Positions 53,640 through 64,000 of a DNA stretch of 64,000 nt are shown here, one piece after another. Each line of letters begins with the position of its first letter. Within the stretch, counting starts at the first letter, position 1. Position numbers and translations under genes: made by a program. The stretch is from positions 17,635 to 81,634 of the forward strand of contig JBGPTH010000004.1 in assembly GCA_041490525.1 (NCBI GenBank), written 5' to 3'. Source of the stretch: Nitrospiria bacterium. GTDB taxonomy: Bacteria > Nitrospirota > Nitrospiria > Nitrospirales > NS-4. The notes below the pieces were generated by a model. That model saw only the letters and a list, made by a program, of their open reading frames with translations. It did no database searches and was not told the DNA's origin.

Positions 53640-53661
53640 GGCGCACCCTGCCCCAGACCCG
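53640..53661. promoter_or_regulatory. Candidate upstream activator element (copy H)
   Basis: GGCGCACCCTGCCCCAGACCCG. The 13-mer TGCCCCAGACCCG is identical to 12722-12734. Lies 102 nt upstream of the -24 element. Confidence 0.4.
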
Positions 53662-53699
53662 CTTCCTGGACCGTCCTGAAATGCCACAGCCCTCCGCCC

Positions 53700-56219
53700 T
53701 CACCATTTCACCAGGCGGTAAAACGCCTGCTTGGCTCCCTCCGCCGCCAGCGCATACAGCACGATGATGCCAGCCAGGACCGCCAGGAAGAGAACCGGAA
53801 GGGGCGCAAATCCCAGGACGCCCTTCAGAGGAGTGAAGGGCAGAACGAGCGTCACGACCCCGACCAGGAGGGTGGACAGCCACAGCCACGTTCCCGGCCT
53901 GCTCCGGTAGAAGGGCCTTCGGCTCCGGATCACCAGCACGATCACCGAGGCGGAAATCACCGATTCCAGAAACCAGCCGGTCCGGAATTGCTCCGGGGAC
54001 GCCTTGAGAAGAAACAACAGCACGCCGAACGTCAGGTAGTCAAACACCGAGCTCACGAACCCGAACGTGAGCATGAACTTGCGGATGAAGGCGATATCCC
54101 ACCGCCGGGGCTGATCGACCATCTCGCGGTCCACGCTGTCGGTGGCGATCGTCATCTCCGGGATATCGGTCAGCAAATTGGTCAATAGGATTTGCTTGGG
54201 CAGCAGCGGCAGAAACGGCAGGAAGAGGGACGCGCCGGCCATGCTGAACATGTTGCCAAAGTTGGCGCTGGTCGCCATGAAGACGTACTTCAAGGTATTG
54301 GCGAACGTCGTTCTCCCTTCCTGGACCCCTTGTACCAGGACGCCGAGGTCTTTTTCCAGCAGGACGATGTCCGCAGCCTCTTTGGCCACATCCACGGCGC
54401 TGTCGACGGAAATCCCGACGTCGGCGGCATGCAGGGCGGAGGCGTCGTTGATACCGTCCCCGCCGTACCCGACCACATTGCCGGCCTTCCTCAGCGCGAG
54501 AATGATCCGCTCTTTCTGGTTGGGCTCGACCTCTGCGAAGACATTGACCTCATTCACCCGATTGAGCAGGGCCTCGTCGCTCATCAGGCGCAGATCCGAC
54601 CCGGTAAGCACCGCCGGAGTCGCCAGTCCCACCTGCTCGCTCACGTGGGCCGCGACCAGGCGGTTATCGCCGGTGATGATCTTGAGCGACACGCCGAGGC
54701 GCTTGAGATCGCCGATGGTCTCCGCGATGCCCGGCTTGGGCGGATCGGCGAACACCAGGAAACCCAGAAATGTCATGCCCGTCTCATCATGCTTGGAGAT
54801 GCGGGCGGCGGTCTCGATGTCCCGATACGCGATGCCCAGAGTGCGGAAGCCCCGGCTGCTCAAGTCCTGTACTCGTTGCTGGATCTGGTCGCGCACGGCG
54901 GCGATCTCCACGCGGCCGTCCCCCGGCATCTCCGCGGCGGTGCAGACTTCGAGCACATTCGGCAACGCCCCCTTGGTCACCATCAGGCGCGCCTCGCCGT
55001 TAGAGACCAGGACGGACAGGCGCTTTCGGACGAAATCGTACGGCTCCTCATCCAGCTTTCGCCAGGCGGAGACCTCGAACGCGCGATGCGTGCGGATCGC
55101 TTCGTCGATCGGGTTCAGGAACCCCGTCTCAAAGCGCGCGTTGAGATACGCGTAGAACAACACCTTGTCGCTGGCGGCCCCCGTCACGTCGAGCGCGGCG
55201 TGCACGTGCACGACCCCCTCGGTCAAGGTGCCCGTCTTATCGGAGCAGAACACGTTCATGCTGCCGAAGTTTTCAATGGACGCCAGGCGCTTGACGATCA
55301 CGCCACGGGCCGCCATGCGCTTGGCGCCGTGGGCCAGGTTGATGCTGATGATCGCCGGGAGCAGCTGCGGCGTGAGGCCGACCGCGAGCGCGAGAGAGAA
55401 GAGGAAGGCCTCCAGCACCGGGCGGGCCAACGCGACGTTGATCACGAAGACGGCGATGACCAGGACGAGCGTGACCTCCATAAGGAGGTACCCGAACTGC
55501 CGGACGCCTCGTTCGAACTCCGTTTCCGGAGGCCTGAATTTCAGCCGTTCGGCGACTTTCCCAAATTCGGTCTCCCTGCCCGTGCGAACGACCAGAGCCG
55601 TTGCCGCCCCGCTGATCACATGCGTGCCCATAAACAGGCTGTTCGTGCGCAGGCCGAGCGGGGTCTCGGCATTCAGCATCCCGGTGGTCTTCTCGACAGG
55701 ATAGGTTTCGCCGGTCATGGCCGCTTCATCCACGAAGAGGTCCTTGGATTCCAGGACCAGGCAATCGCCTGGAACCTTGTCGCCCGCTTTGAGGCAGACC
55801 ACGTCGCCGGGCACGAGGTCTTCGACAGGAATCTCCATCTGACTGCCGTCGCGCCACACGTCCGCTTTGATCTTGACGATCGCGAGCAACCGGGCGACCG
55901 CATCGGCGGCGCCCCGTTCCTGCCAGAATCCCAGTAACGCGCTGGCGAAGATGATCGTCAGGATGATGAGAGCGTCGGTGGGATCGCGCAGAAAGAACGA
56001 CAACCCCGCGGCGGCGAGGAGGACGAGAATGATCGGACTTTTGAATTGTGCCAGCAGGAGCACCAGGACGTGGTGTTCCTTCTCCGGCTTCAGCCGATTG
56101 GGGCCGTACAGGCTCAGACGCTGACGGGCTTCGTCGGAGGTCAGCCCCTGCGGGGTCGCGTGTAGGCAGCCGAGCAAGTCGGCGGCAGGGAGGCTCCAAA
56201 AGGCCGGCGGCTGGGTCAT
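53700..56219 (-). CDS. mgtA: Magnesium-translocating (MgtA-like) P-type ATPase
   Basis: 839 aa with an N-terminus typical of MgtA (GLTSDEARQRLSLYGPNRL), DKTGTLT and GDGINDASAL. Its ATG overlaps the ACP stop (ATGA). Confidence 0.7.
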   Translation of the reverse strand: MTQPPAFWSLPAADLLGCLHATPQGLTSDEARQRLSLYGPNRLKPEKEHHVLVLLLAQFKSPIILVLLAAAGLSFFLRDPTDALIILTIIFASALLGFWQERGAADAVARLLAIVKIKADVWRDGSQMEIPVEDLVPGDVVCLKAGDKVPGDCLVLESKDLFVDEAAMTGETYPVEKTTGMLNAETPLGLRTNSLFMGTHVISGAATALVVRTGRETEFGKVAERLKFRPPETEFERGVRQFGYLLMEVTLVLVIAVFVINVALARPVLEAFLFSLALAVGLTPQLLPAIISINLAHGAKRMAARGVIVKRLASIENFGSMNVFCSDKTGTLTEGVVHVHAALDVTGAASDKVLFYAYLNARFETGFLNPIDEAIRTHRAFEVSAWRKLDEEPYDFVRKRLSVLVSNGEARLMVTKGALPNVLEVCTAAEMPGDGRVEIAAVRDQIQQRVQDLSSRGFRTLGIAYRDIETAARISKHDETGMTFLGFLVFADPPKPGIAETIGDLKRLGVSLKIITGDNRLVAAHVSEQVGLATPAVLTGSDLRLMSDEALLNRVNEVNVFAEVEPNQKERIILALRKAGNVVGYGGDGINDASALHAADVGISVDSAVDVAKEAADIVLLEKDLGVLVQGVQEGRTTFANTLKYVFMATSANFGNMFSMAGASLFLPFLPLLPKQILLTNLLTDIPEMTIATDSVDREMVDQPRRWDIAFIRKFMLTFGFVSSVFDYLTFGVLLFLLKASPEQFRTGWFLESVISASVIVLVIRSRRPFYRSRPGTWLWLSTLLVGVVTLVLPFTPLKGVLGFAPLPVLFLAVLAGIIVLYALAAEGAKQAFYRLVKW

Positions 56220-56470
56220 CCTCGCGCAGCCAGATACTCGACGCAGCCGTTCAGGGTGGCCATCTTCGGATAGTCGGCCTCGGGGATCTCCACGTGCAGC
56301 GCCTCGTGCACGGCGATCACGAAGTTCAGAAAGTCCATCGAGTCGATGTCCAGTTGGTCGCGGAAACTCACGTCCGGCTTAATCCGGGTGAGGTTCGCCT
56401 CCGGCGCGATCTCGCCGAGGATGCGGAGCACGGTGCTCCTGATCTCGTCGGTCGTGAGCTTCGGCGTCAC
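56216..56470 (-). CDS. Acyl carrier protein (stand-alone)
   Basis: 84 aa read from a GTG that overlaps the E2 stop (GTGA): [62 protein letters not shown], with a DSM phosphopantetheine site. In the track it is hidden inside a 269-aa over-extended ORF. Confidence 0.7.
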   Translation of the reverse strand: MTPKLTTDEIRSTVLRILGEIAPEANLTRIKPDVSFRDQLDIDSMDFLNFVIAVHEALHVEIPEADYPKMATLNGCVEYLAARG

Positions 56471-57690
56471 AGCCGACCCGGCTCCTGCAGCAGGCGGTCC
56501 ACGGCCGCGAGAAACAGCCCGCCGCGATGGCCGTCGGTGACCCGATGGTCGGCCGACAAGGTGGCGGTCAGCACGGACCGCGGGACGATCTGCTTGTCCA
56601 CGACCCAGGGACGCTCGACCATCTTGCCGAAGCCGACGATCGCGACCTGCGGCGGATAGATGACGGCATAGACCGACTCGACGCCCTGCTCGCCGAGACT
56701 GGTCACGGTGATGGTCGGGTCGGACAACTCGGAGCTCCGCAAGCCGCCGGCGCGAGCGCGCGTCACGAGATCCCGGAAGTTTCGCATGAGGTCGTCCAGT
56801 CTTTGGCCGTCGGTGTCGTGCAGGGCAGGCGCCACGAGACCTCCGGACCGCAAGGAAATCGCCACGCCGACGTGAATGGCGTCGCTTCGCACCACGTCGT
56901 TCCCTTTCCACCGCGCGTTCAGCTCGGGCACCTCCCGCAGGGCCAGGGCCACCGCCTTGAGAAGCAGGACACCGTAGAGCAGGCGATCCTTCGTGGGACG
57001 CTTGAGGTTTTCTTCTGTAAGCCAAGCCAATGCCTTGCTCATATCGATAGTGGTGCTCACATAGTAATGGGGGATCTCCCGCTTGGAGCGGGCCATGGCG
57101 GCCGCGATGGCCTGCCGCATGCGAAGCAGGCGATCGTCCGCTTCGCCGGCTCGTGGCACGGGGCTAGGGGCTATAGGTGGTTCTCGTTCTCCACCTCTCG
57201 CCTCTTGCCTCGTGCCTCGTGCCTCCGCGACGCGCAAGACATCGTCGCGGCTGATCCCGCCGCCGGGACCAGTGCCCTTCACGAGGATGAGATCAACCCC
57301 CAGCTCGGCCGCCAGTTGCTTCGCCGAAGGTGAGACGCGGAGACGCCCAGGTTCGGTGACAGGAGCCTGTGGTGTCGGTGACACGGGTGCAACGGCAGGT
57401 TGAGGCGGCGCCCCTGCGACCGGCGGCGCCGGCTTTGGTTCCGCGCTCGGCTTGCCTTCCTCGCGGATAATGGCCAGCGCGGTGCCGACCGGCACCTTCG
57501 TCATCGGCTCGACGAGCGTCTTCTCCAAGAGACCGGTCATGAAACTTTCAATCTCGATGATACCCTTGTCGGTCTCCACCTCCGCGATGATGTCACCCTT
57601 CTTCACGGCCTCGCCTGGCTTCTTCAGCCAGGCGACCAGGGTGCCGGCCTCCATGTCCGCCCCGAGGGAGGGCATGACGAATTCAGCCAT
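56467..57690 (-). CDS. 2-oxoacid dehydrogenase E2 (dihydrolipoamide acyltransferase)
   Basis: Lipoyl domain ([14 protein letters not shown]), E3/E1-binding domain ([15 protein letters not shown]) and catalytic DHRVTDG. Confidence 0.85.
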   Translation of the reverse strand: MAEFVMPSLGADMEAGTLVAWLKKPGEAVKKGDIIAEVETDKGIIEIESFMTGLLEKTLVEPMTKVPVGTALAIIREEGKPSAEPKPAPPVAGAPPQPAVAPVSPTPQAPVTEPGRLRVSPSAKQLAAELGVDLILVKGTGPGGGISRDDVLRVAEARGTRQEARGGEREPPIAPSPVPRAGEADDRLLRMRQAIAAAMARSKREIPHYYVSTTIDMSKALAWLTEENLKRPTKDRLLYGVLLLKAVALALREVPELNARWKGNDVVRSDAIHVGVAISLRSGGLVAPALHDTDGQRLDDLMRNFRDLVTRARAGGLRSSELSDPTITVTSLGEQGVESVYAVIYPPQVAIVGFGKMVERPWVVDKQIVPRSVLTATLSADHRVTDGHRGGLFLAAVDRLLQEPGRL

Positions 57691-58660
57691 GCAGCATCTC
57701 TTGCACGGTCTTCACGATGGCGGCTGCCTGGGGCAACGCCGCGTCCTCCAGATGCTTCGGGTAGGGCATCGGCACTTCGGCGCTGCACACGCGCGCCACG
57801 GGGGCATCGAGGTCGTAGAAGGCGCCTTCCATGATCCGCGCGCTGATCTCCGCCGCAAAGCTGCCCGTGCGCCAGGCCTCGTCCACGATCACGGCCCGAT
57901 GGGTCTTCCCCACGGAGGCCAGGATCGTCGGCGTATCCAACGGCCGGAGCACGCGGAGATCGATGACCTCGGCCTCGATCCCGGAGGAGGCAAGCTGGTC
58001 GGCGGCTTCCAGCGTCTTCCACAGCGACCCCCCGAACGTGATCAGGGTGACATCGGTGCCCGGCCGGCGCACCGCCGCCGTTTTGATGTCCACGGGGCCG
58101 GCATTGTCATCCAGTTCCCCTTCCATGGGATAGAGCATGGCGTGCTCAAAGATGAAGACCGGGTCCGGCTCGCGGAGCGCGGTCAGCAGCATCCCCTTCG
58201 CGTCGGCCAGCGTCGCGGGGGTGACCACCTTGATTCCGGGAATGTGCGCATACCAGCCCTCCAGGCTGTGGGAATGCTGCGCCGCGACCTGGCGCCCCGC
58301 GCCCGTGGCCATGCGGACGATGAGCGGCACGCTGAACTGGCCGCCGGACATGTGCCGGATGGCGGCCGCATTGTTGACGATTTGGTCCAGGGCCAGCAGG
58401 CTGAAGTTCACCGTCATCACCTCGACGATCGGCCGCATCCCGCCGAGCGCCGCGCCGATGCCGGCCCCGACGAAGGTGGACTCCGACAGCGGCGTGTCGC
58501 GCACCCGCTCGGGCCCGAACTCTTCCAGGAGCCCGTGGCTGCACGCGTAGCTGCCGCCGTAGCGGCCGACGTCCTCCCCCATGAGGAAGACGCGCGGGTC
58601 GCTCGTGAGCGCCTCCCGAAGCCCGGCCCGCACCGCCTCGCGGTACTTCATCTTGATCAT
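57683..58660 (-). CDS. 2-oxoacid (pyruvate/acetoin-type) dehydrogenase E1 beta subunit
   Basis: [30 protein letters not shown] is a typical E1-beta N-terminus. Confidence 0.85.
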   Translation of the reverse strand: MIKMKYREAVRAGLREALTSDPRVFLMGEDVGRYGGSYACSHGLLEEFGPERVRDTPLSESTFVGAGIGAALGGMRPIVEVMTVNFSLLALDQIVNNAAAIRHMSGGQFSVPLIVRMATGAGRQVAAQHSHSLEGWYAHIPGIKVVTPATLADAKGMLLTALREPDPVFIFEHAMLYPMEGELDDNAGPVDIKTAAVRRPGTDVTLITFGGSLWKTLEAADQLASSGIEAEVIDLRVLRPLDTPTILASVGKTHRAVIVDEAWRTGSFAAEISARIMEGAFYDLDAPVARVCSAEVPMPYPKHLEDAALPQAAAIVKTVQEMLHG

Positions 58661-59646
58661 GGCGTGTACACGTCCCTGGTCAGCTCCTCGACGGGCTCCC
58701 AGGGGCCGGCTTCCGCGAAGGCGACCGCGTCCGCGATCTCCGCGTCCACGGCCGCTTCGATCGTGGCCCGATCCGCATCCTTGAGGAGGCCGTCCTCGCG
58801 AAGCCGCTCTTCAAACGTCACGATCGGATCGCGCTTCTTCCACTGCTCGACCTCCTCCTTGTTCCGGTAGAGTTCCGGGTCGTACATCGAATGGGCGCGG
58901 AACCGGTAGGTCCGGAATTCAATCAGGTACGGCCGCATCTCCCCTCGGACGATCTCTACGGCCCGTCGCGTGGCGTCCTCGACCGCGAGCACATCCATGC
59001 CGTCCACCGCCTCGCCCGGCACGCCGTCGCCTTTCGCCTTGAGCGTGATGTCGGTCTGGGCCTGGTGCCGGGCCAGGGCCGTCCCCATCGCGTACAGGTT
59101 GTTCTCGCAGAGAAAGAGCACGGGCAGCTTCCAGAGTGCGGCGAGATTGAGCGATTCGTGAAACTCCCCCTCCGCCACCGCGCCGTCGCCGAAGAAGCAG
59201 GCGGTCACGCGCGCCCGCCCCTGGAGCTTGTCGGCGAGGGCCAGGCCGACCGCGACCGGCAGGCCCCCGCCCACGATCGCCAGGCCGCCGTAAAAGCGCC
59301 GCGCGGCGTCGAAGAAATGCATGGACCCCCCGCGCCCGCGGCTGCAGCCGTTGGCCTTCCCGTACAGTTCCGCCATCAGCGGCCCTGCCGGCGTCCCCCG
59401 CACGAGCGAGTGCCCGTGCTCGCGATAGGTAGCGACGATGGCGTCATCCGGCGTGAGCGCCTGGATCGCGCCGACCGCCACGGCTTCTTCGCCTATGTAT
59501 AAATGTAGGAACCCGCGGATCTTCCCGGCGCTGTACAACTCCACCGACTTCTCCTCGAAGCGGCGGATGCGCAACATCTCATGAAACAGCTTGATCCCAT
59601 GCGCGCGATCCAGAGGCGGCTGGCCCGCTTCCACGAAGCAGTCCAT
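58657..59646 (-). CDS. 2-oxoacid dehydrogenase E1 alpha subunit (TPP-binding)
   Basis: LRIRRFEEK...[11 protein letters not shown] and GDGA..EG.FHE.LN.A TPP motif. Confidence 0.85.
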   Translation of the reverse strand: MDCFVEAGQPPLDRAHGIKLFHEMLRIRRFEEKSVELYSAGKIRGFLHLYIGEEAVAVGAIQALTPDDAIVATYREHGHSLVRGTPAGPLMAELYGKANGCSRGRGGSMHFFDAARRFYGGLAIVGGGLPVAVGLALADKLQGRARVTACFFGDGAVAEGEFHESLNLAALWKLPVLFLCENNLYAMGTALARHQAQTDITLKAKGDGVPGEAVDGMDVLAVEDATRRAVEIVRGEMRPYLIEFRTYRFRAHSMYDPELYRNKEEVEQWKKRDPIVTFEERLREDGLLKDADRATIEAAVDAEIADAVAFAEAGPWEPVEELTRDVYTP

Positions 59647-61440
59647 TCAACTTCCCTCCAACGTCGACGTGTCCCCCTCGGGCAGCCCAAGTTCACGGGC
59701 CTTGAGCAACCGCCGCATGATCTTCCCGCTCCGGGTCCTGGGCAGGGTCGCCAGGAACTCGATCTCCTTCGGCGCGACCACCGCGCCGAGCCTGGTCCGG
59801 GCAAATCCCAACAACTCGCGCCGCAGCTCGGGGGTCGCCTCGTACCCGTCCTTGAGCGAGACGAACGCCTTGACCACCTCCAGCGCCACCGGGTCGGGCT
59901 TTCCGATCACGCCAGCCTCGGCCACCGCCTTGTGCTCCATCAACACGCTCTCGACCTCAAACGGCCCGATCAGATGCCCGGAGGTCTTGATCACGTCGTC
60001 CGTGCGCCCGACGAACCAGAAGTACCCGTCCTTGTCCCGCTTGGCGAGATCGCCGGTGAGATACCAGCCGCCGAGGAAGCATTTCTGGTAGCGCTCCGGC
60101 TCGTTCCAGTAGCCCCGGAACATGGACGGCCATCCGGGCTTGAGCGCCAGCTCGCCCTGGACGTCGGCCTCCACGATTTCTTCGACCCCGCCGTCGGCGG
60201 TCTTCCGCACGACCGCCGCCTCAATTCCCGGCAGGGGCCGGCCCATCGACCCGGGCCGGATATCCATGGCGGCGTAGTTGGCGATCATGATCCCCCCCGT
60301 CTCGGTCTGCCACCAATTATCGTGGAACGGGAGCCCGAATGCCCGCTGGCCCCAAACGACGGCTTCGGGGTTGAGGGGCTCGCCGACGCTGGCAAGGAAG
60401 CGGAGCGTGCGGAGGTCGTATTTATGGATGGGGTCGAGGCCTGTCTTCATCATCATGCGGATGGCGGTCGGCGCGGTGTACCAGACGGAGACGCGTTGGT
60501 CCTGGAGGATGCGGTACCAGCGCTCGGCGTCGAAGTCGGCTTCATCCACAATGCTGGTGATCCCGTTCGTCAAGGGGGCGATGACGCCGTACGAGGTGCC
60601 GGTCACCCAGCCCGGATCGGCCGTGCACCAGAAGACATCGTCCTTGTGCAGGTCCAGAGCGAGCTTGCCCGTGATGTGGTGGGCAACGACTGCCTGGTGG
60701 ACGTGGACTGCGCCTTTGGGCGTGCCGGTGGTCCCGCTGGTGAAGTGCAGCAGCGCCCTGTCTTCCGGAGCGGTCGGCCCGATCGTGAACCGGTCGGACG
60801 CTTGCTCCATCAGCCGAAGATAGTCGCGCGTGCCGGCCACATCGGTCGGCTGGTGATCGTCCCCGACGAGGAGGACATGCTCAAGGTCGGGCAAGGAGGC
60901 GCGCAGCCCCTCCACCTTGCGATGGTAGAGCGACTCCGTCGTAACGAGGACCTTGGCCTGGCCGATCGTCATCCGTGCGCGGATGGGCTCGGGCCCGAAG
61001 GCCGAGAACAGGGGGCAGAAGACGCTCCGGTGTTTCAGCGTCCCGAGGGCGGCGATATAGAGCTCGGGAATCCGGCCCGCCAGGGCATACACCCGATCCC
61101 CGGGGGCCACGCCCAGCCCGTGCAGCACGTTGGCAAAGCGGTTCGTGAGGTCCCGAAGCGAGGCATAGGTGTAGTCCCGGACCTCGCCGGTCTTGCCAAG
61201 CCACCGCAGCGCGAGGTGGTCCCGGCGGGCGTGCGCCGCGTGACGATCAACCGCCTCATGGGCGATATTGAGCCCCTTTTCGCCCGGAAGGCCGTCCAGT
61301 TCGCGGCGGGCGCGGTCCCAGGAAAAGGCCGCGCGGACCTGGCCGTAGTCGTGGAGATTCGGGATGACCGCCCCCCAGTCCCGCCGTGATTTTATGATCG
61401 TCTCCCAGCCCATCGTGTGAGCTGTCTCCGGATGAATCAT
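59647..61440 (-). CDS. AMP-forming acetyl-CoA synthetase-like ligase (AcsA type)
   Basis: 597 aa with an AMP-binding signature ([12 protein letters not shown]), a C-terminal SGKIMRR and an AcsA-like N-terminus ([10 protein letters not shown]). Its stop abuts the E1-alpha start with no gap. Confidence 0.8.
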   Translation of the reverse strand: MIHPETAHTMGWETIIKSRRDWGAVIPNLHDYGQVRAAFSWDRARRELDGLPGEKGLNIAHEAVDRHAAHARRDHLALRWLGKTGEVRDYTYASLRDLTNRFANVLHGLGVAPGDRVYALAGRIPELYIAALGTLKHRSVFCPLFSAFGPEPIRARMTIGQAKVLVTTESLYHRKVEGLRASLPDLEHVLLVGDDHQPTDVAGTRDYLRLMEQASDRFTIGPTAPEDRALLHFTSGTTGTPKGAVHVHQAVVAHHITGKLALDLHKDDVFWCTADPGWVTGTSYGVIAPLTNGITSIVDEADFDAERWYRILQDQRVSVWYTAPTAIRMMMKTGLDPIHKYDLRTLRFLASVGEPLNPEAVVWGQRAFGLPFHDNWWQTETGGIMIANYAAMDIRPGSMGRPLPGIEAAVVRKTADGGVEEIVEADVQGELALKPGWPSMFRGYWNEPERYQKCFLGGWYLTGDLAKRDKDGYFWFVGRTDDVIKTSGHLIGPFEVESVLMEHKAVAEAGVIGKPDPVALEVVKAFVSLKDGYEATPELRRELLGFARTRLGAVVAPKEIEFLATLPRTRSGKIMRRLLKARELGLPEGDTSTLEGS

Positions 61441-62105
61441 CCGCGTGCGGGCTTGTCCCGCCCGCGCAAGGCCGCAGCGGCCTCCTTCAGGTATCGGACG
61501 ACGGTCGCATCATCCACCTGCCTGAAATCCGCATAGTGATTGCCGACGGCGAAGAACGGGTCCGGCGTCTCGAGGACGACCACCTCATCCACGGTCTTTC
61601 CGACCAGGCGAATCGTATCAGGGGGGGCCACCGGGATCCCCGCCACCAGGCGTTTCACGTGAAGCTGCCGGAGCGCCTCGGCCGACGCCAGGAACGTGGC
61701 CCCCGTGGCGATCCCGTCATCGACCAGCAACACCGTTCGTGCAGTCAGGTCCGGCAAGGGTCGCCCGCCCCGGTACAGGACTTGCCGCCTGACGATCTCT
61801 TCCTGTAAGGCCCGCCGGGCTTGTTCCACATACTCGGCGGGAATCATGTACGCCTCGATCGCGTCCCGATTGAGATGGATCGACCCGGTCTCGGCCACCG
61901 CGCCGAGGGCGAATTCCGGATTGTCCGGAGCCCCCAGTTTGCGCGTGATGAATACATCCAGAGGGAGGCCCAGGGCCAGGCTCAGCGTATAGCCTACCGC
62001 CACCCCGCCCCGGGGCAAGGCCAGGATGAGGGCCGTCGGATCATTCCGATAAGCGCTCAACCGCTTTGCCAGCAGCCGGCCTGCTTCTTCGCGATCTTGA
62101 AACAT
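61437..62105 (-). CDS. Phosphoribosyltransferase-family protein
   Basis: [16 protein letters not shown]...ILALPRGGV and [17 protein letters not shown] motif. ATG 62105 is chosen because the track start at 62138 lies inside the sigma-54 promoter. Confidence 0.75.
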   Translation of the reverse strand: MFQDREEAGRLLAKRLSAYRNDPTALILALPRGGVAVGYTLSLALGLPLDVFITRKLGAPDNPEFALGAVAETGSIHLNRDAIEAYMIPAEYVEQARRALQEEIVRRQVLYRGGRPLPDLTARTVLLVDDGIATGATFLASAEALRQLHVKRLVAGIPVAPPDTIRLVGKTVDEVVVLETPDPFFAVGNHYADFRQVDDATVVRYLKEAAAALRGRDKPARG

Positions 62106-62133
62106 CGGCGCTCCGCGTTCAGGTTCCTGTTTG

Positions 62134-62149
62134 AGCAAGGCCAGTGCCA
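62134..62149 (-). promoter_or_regulatory. Sigma-54 promoter TGGCACTGGCCTTGCT
   Basis: The best consensus match in the window (TGGCAC-N5-TTGCT), 28 nt before ATG 62105. Confidence 0.7.
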
Positions 62150-62241
62150 GAGGGCCCTTCCAATTCGGTCCCCAATCCTATATTGTTTCAACCGGTTAAC
62201 GAGGAGCCATTCAAGAGGAAGACTAACGTGAACGGCAGCCT

Positions 62242-62263
62242 GTTGCCAATTGCCCCAAGAGGG
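62242..62263. promoter_or_regulatory. Candidate upstream activator element (copy B)
   Basis: GTTGCCAATTGCCCCAAGAGGG shares GCCAATTGCCCCA with 12716-12728. Lies 102 nt upstream of the -24 element. Confidence 0.35.
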
Positions 62264-62399
62264 TTATAGCATAGCGCCCCGAAAATCCCCATTGGGTGCG
62301 GCGGCCAAACCGGCGCCGATGAGCAATGCGCACTTAAATAAAGGGTATTTGCCGCGCGTATAGGTTTTGCATAATCCCATCCATCCAGAAGGGAACGTG

Positions 62400-64000
62400 A
62401 TGCCACCTCCTGAGAAATTCAAACTTCCCGTCGACATGCTGGCGCCCGTCGTCGAACCGGCCCGCCTGGGTTTTTCGACCACCGGCGAACTGGCACCGCT
62501 GGACGAAACGATCGGGCAGGCCCGCGCCGTGGAGGCGTTGGAGTTCGGCCTGCGCATGGAAAGCGTGGGCTTCAACATCTACGTATCGGGACCGGTCGGG
62601 GCCGGCAAGACGACCCTCGTGCGGGAGATGGTGAAGCGGCTGGCCCTCTCGGCCCCCCCGCCTCCCGACTGGTGCTACGTCAACAACTTTCTGGATCAGG
62701 CCCGGCCCTGTTGCCTCTCGTTCCCGGCGGGCCAGGGCCGGCAGTTCCAACAGGCGATGGCCACGCTGATTCAGGGCCTGCGCCGCGACATCCCGAAGAC
62801 CTTCGAGGGCACCAAGTACCTCGAGGCAAAGGCGGGGATCGTCGAGGACATCGAGGGAAAAAAGAAGGCGCTCTTCAAGGAGCTGACCGAGCTGGGCCGC
62901 CTCCAGGGGTTCGGCTTTGAGGAGACCCCGTTCGGGTTCACCATGTTTGCCCTGCGCGGCGGCCGGCCCTTGAAGGGGTCCGACCTGGAGCGGCTCTCCG
63001 AGAGGGAGAAGGCGGAGATCCTGGAGCGGAAGAAAGCCCTGGGGGGGGAGATCCTGGACTTCAAGGTTCGCCTCCATGCCCTGGACCACGAAGGCGAGAA
63101 CCGCCTCCGCGACATGGATCGTCAATGGGTGGAGAACGTGCTGGAGGGCCGGATCGAGACGCTGCGGCGGTCCTATCAGGGCCAGCCCGAGGCTCTGGCC
63201 TATCTGGATCGGGTCCATGAAGATATCGTCTCCACGTACAAGGACTTCCTTCCGCGCGAAGCGCCGGCCCTGCCGATCCCGGGCCTGGAATCGCTGAGCC
63301 GCCCGCCCGAGCTGACGCGGTATCAAGTAAACCTGATCGTCGAACACGCGGAGGGCGCCGGGGCCCCGGTGGTGGAAGAGTCGCATCCCACCTACGCGAA
63401 CCTGATCGGGAAGATCGAGCGCAAGGCCCACCTGGGGGTGGTGTTCACGGACTTCACCGAAATCAAGGCCGGCGCCATCCTCCAAGCCAGCGGCGGCTAT
63501 CTAATCCTGAACGCCCTGGATTTGCTCCGCCAGCCTTTCGCGTGGGACGCCCTCAAGCGCGCGATCAAGACGCGGGCGGTCAAGATCGAAGATCCGGGCG
63601 AGTTCTTCGGCTTTTCGACGACCGGCCTCAAGCCGCAGCCGGTTCCCGTGAACGTCAAGGTGATCATGGTCGGCTCGCCGATTTTGTATAACCTGCTCCA
63701 GGCCTACGAGGAGGACTTTCAGAAGATCTTCAAAGTGAAGGCCGACTTCGACCAGGAGGTGAACCGCGACGAGAACCAGGACAGACTCTACGCCCGGTTC
63801 GTGGCCCGGATCTGCCGGGACGAGGGGCTGCCGCACTTCGATGCCGAGGCCGTCGCGGACTTGATCGCCTACGGCACCCGCCTGGCTGAACGACACGATC
63901 GGCTGTCGCTGCGGTTCAGCCTGGTGAGCGACGTGGTCCGGGAAGCGGCGTTCTGGGCGCACGGGGCTGGGCGCACGCTGGTGTCGCGGGCCGATGTGGA
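62400..64000 (+). CDS. Lon-related AAA+ ATP-dependent protease, N-terminal ~533 codons (continues past the right edge)
   Basis: Absent from the ORF track because it is open at the edge. Hand translation from ATG 62400: MPPPEKFKLPVDMLAPVVEPARLGFSTTGELAPLDETIGQARAVEALEFGLRMESVGFNIYVSGPVGAGKTTLV... (Walker A), later GGYLILNALDLL (Walker B-like). Confidence 0.7.
   Translation, partial: MPPPEKFKLPVDMLAPVVEPARLGFSTTGELAPLDETIGQARAVEALEFGLRMESVGFNIYVSGPVGAGKTTLVREMVKRLALSAPPPPDWCYVNNFLDQARPCCLSFPAGQGRQFQQAMATLIQGLRRDIPKTFEGTKYLEAKAGIVEDIEGKKKALFKELTELGRLQGFGFEETPFGFTMFALRGGRPLKGSDLERLSEREKAEILERKKALGGEILDFKVRLHALDHEGENRLRDMDRQWVENVLEGRIETLRRSYQGQPEALAYLDRVHEDIVSTYKDFLPREAPALPIPGLESLSRPPELTRYQVNLIVEHAEGAGAPVVEESHPTYANLIGKIERKAHLGVVFTDFTEIKAGAILQASGGYLILNALDLLRQPFAWDALKRAIKTRAVKIEDPGEFFGFSTTGLKPQPVPVNVKVIMVGSPILYNLLQAYEEDFQKIFKVKADFDQEVNRDENQDRLYARFVARICRDEGLPHFDAEAVADLIAYGTRLAERHDRLSLRFSLVSDVVREAAFWAHGAGRTLVSRADV

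Noticed and set aside
62240-62255. TGGCAACAGGCTGCC on the minus strand upstream of the PRTase operon
   Set aside because: Spacing is one nucleotide too short. It also overlaps the candidate UAS element. The consensus promoter at 62134-62149 explains the operon.

Overview
High-G+C bacterial chromosomal window, almost entirely coding. I found no rRNA, tRNA, CRISPR array, transposase or integrase. Two edge-truncated genes (1-1415 minus, 62400-64000 plus) and several ORFs under 60 aa are missing from the supplied track; I translated them by hand. Layout: (i) 1-11.4 kb holds two tandem heavy-metal-efflux RND operons, each ordered small Cys/His membrane protein, TolC-like outer membrane factor, periplasmic adaptor, CusA/CzcA pump. 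(ii) About 12-64 kb is a stress/dormancy-type island. It contains six universal-stress-protein genes (11 Usp domains), Hsp20, an HPF-cold-shock fusion, two P-type ATPases, and CBS, BON, GYD and PEBP proteins. It also has two BCAM0308-family zinc-ribbon proteins, two AmmeMemoRadiSam-type radical SAM enzymes, an archaeal-type SAM synthetase, a LigD-type phosphoesterase, RtcA, a Mut7-C RNase, a Lon-like protease, and an acs / 2-oxoacid dehydrogenase E1-E2 / ACP / mgtA operon. ftsH and a LOG-family gene are embedded in it. Main finding: at least 11 correctly spaced sigma-54 (-24 GG / -12 GC) promoter 16-mers sit in front of nearly every operon of the island. Three of them share a near-identical element about 93-102 nt upstream, a candidate enhancer site. 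No enhancer-binding protein is encoded in the window. Further observations: a sigma-54-driven operon joining a hydrolase, an HhH PolX-N-like protein, SAM synthetase, 3-prime phosphoesterase, radical SAM enzyme and HPF-CSD; a roughly 0.3-kb ORF-free region with nested helices that may be a structured RNA; three damaged genes (cytochrome c with in-frame TGA, J-domain/carbamate-kinase junction, +1 frameshifted THUMP-like gene); and several Met-rich or palindromic features in the metal-efflux operons. All function calls come from motif recognition by eye, with no database search.
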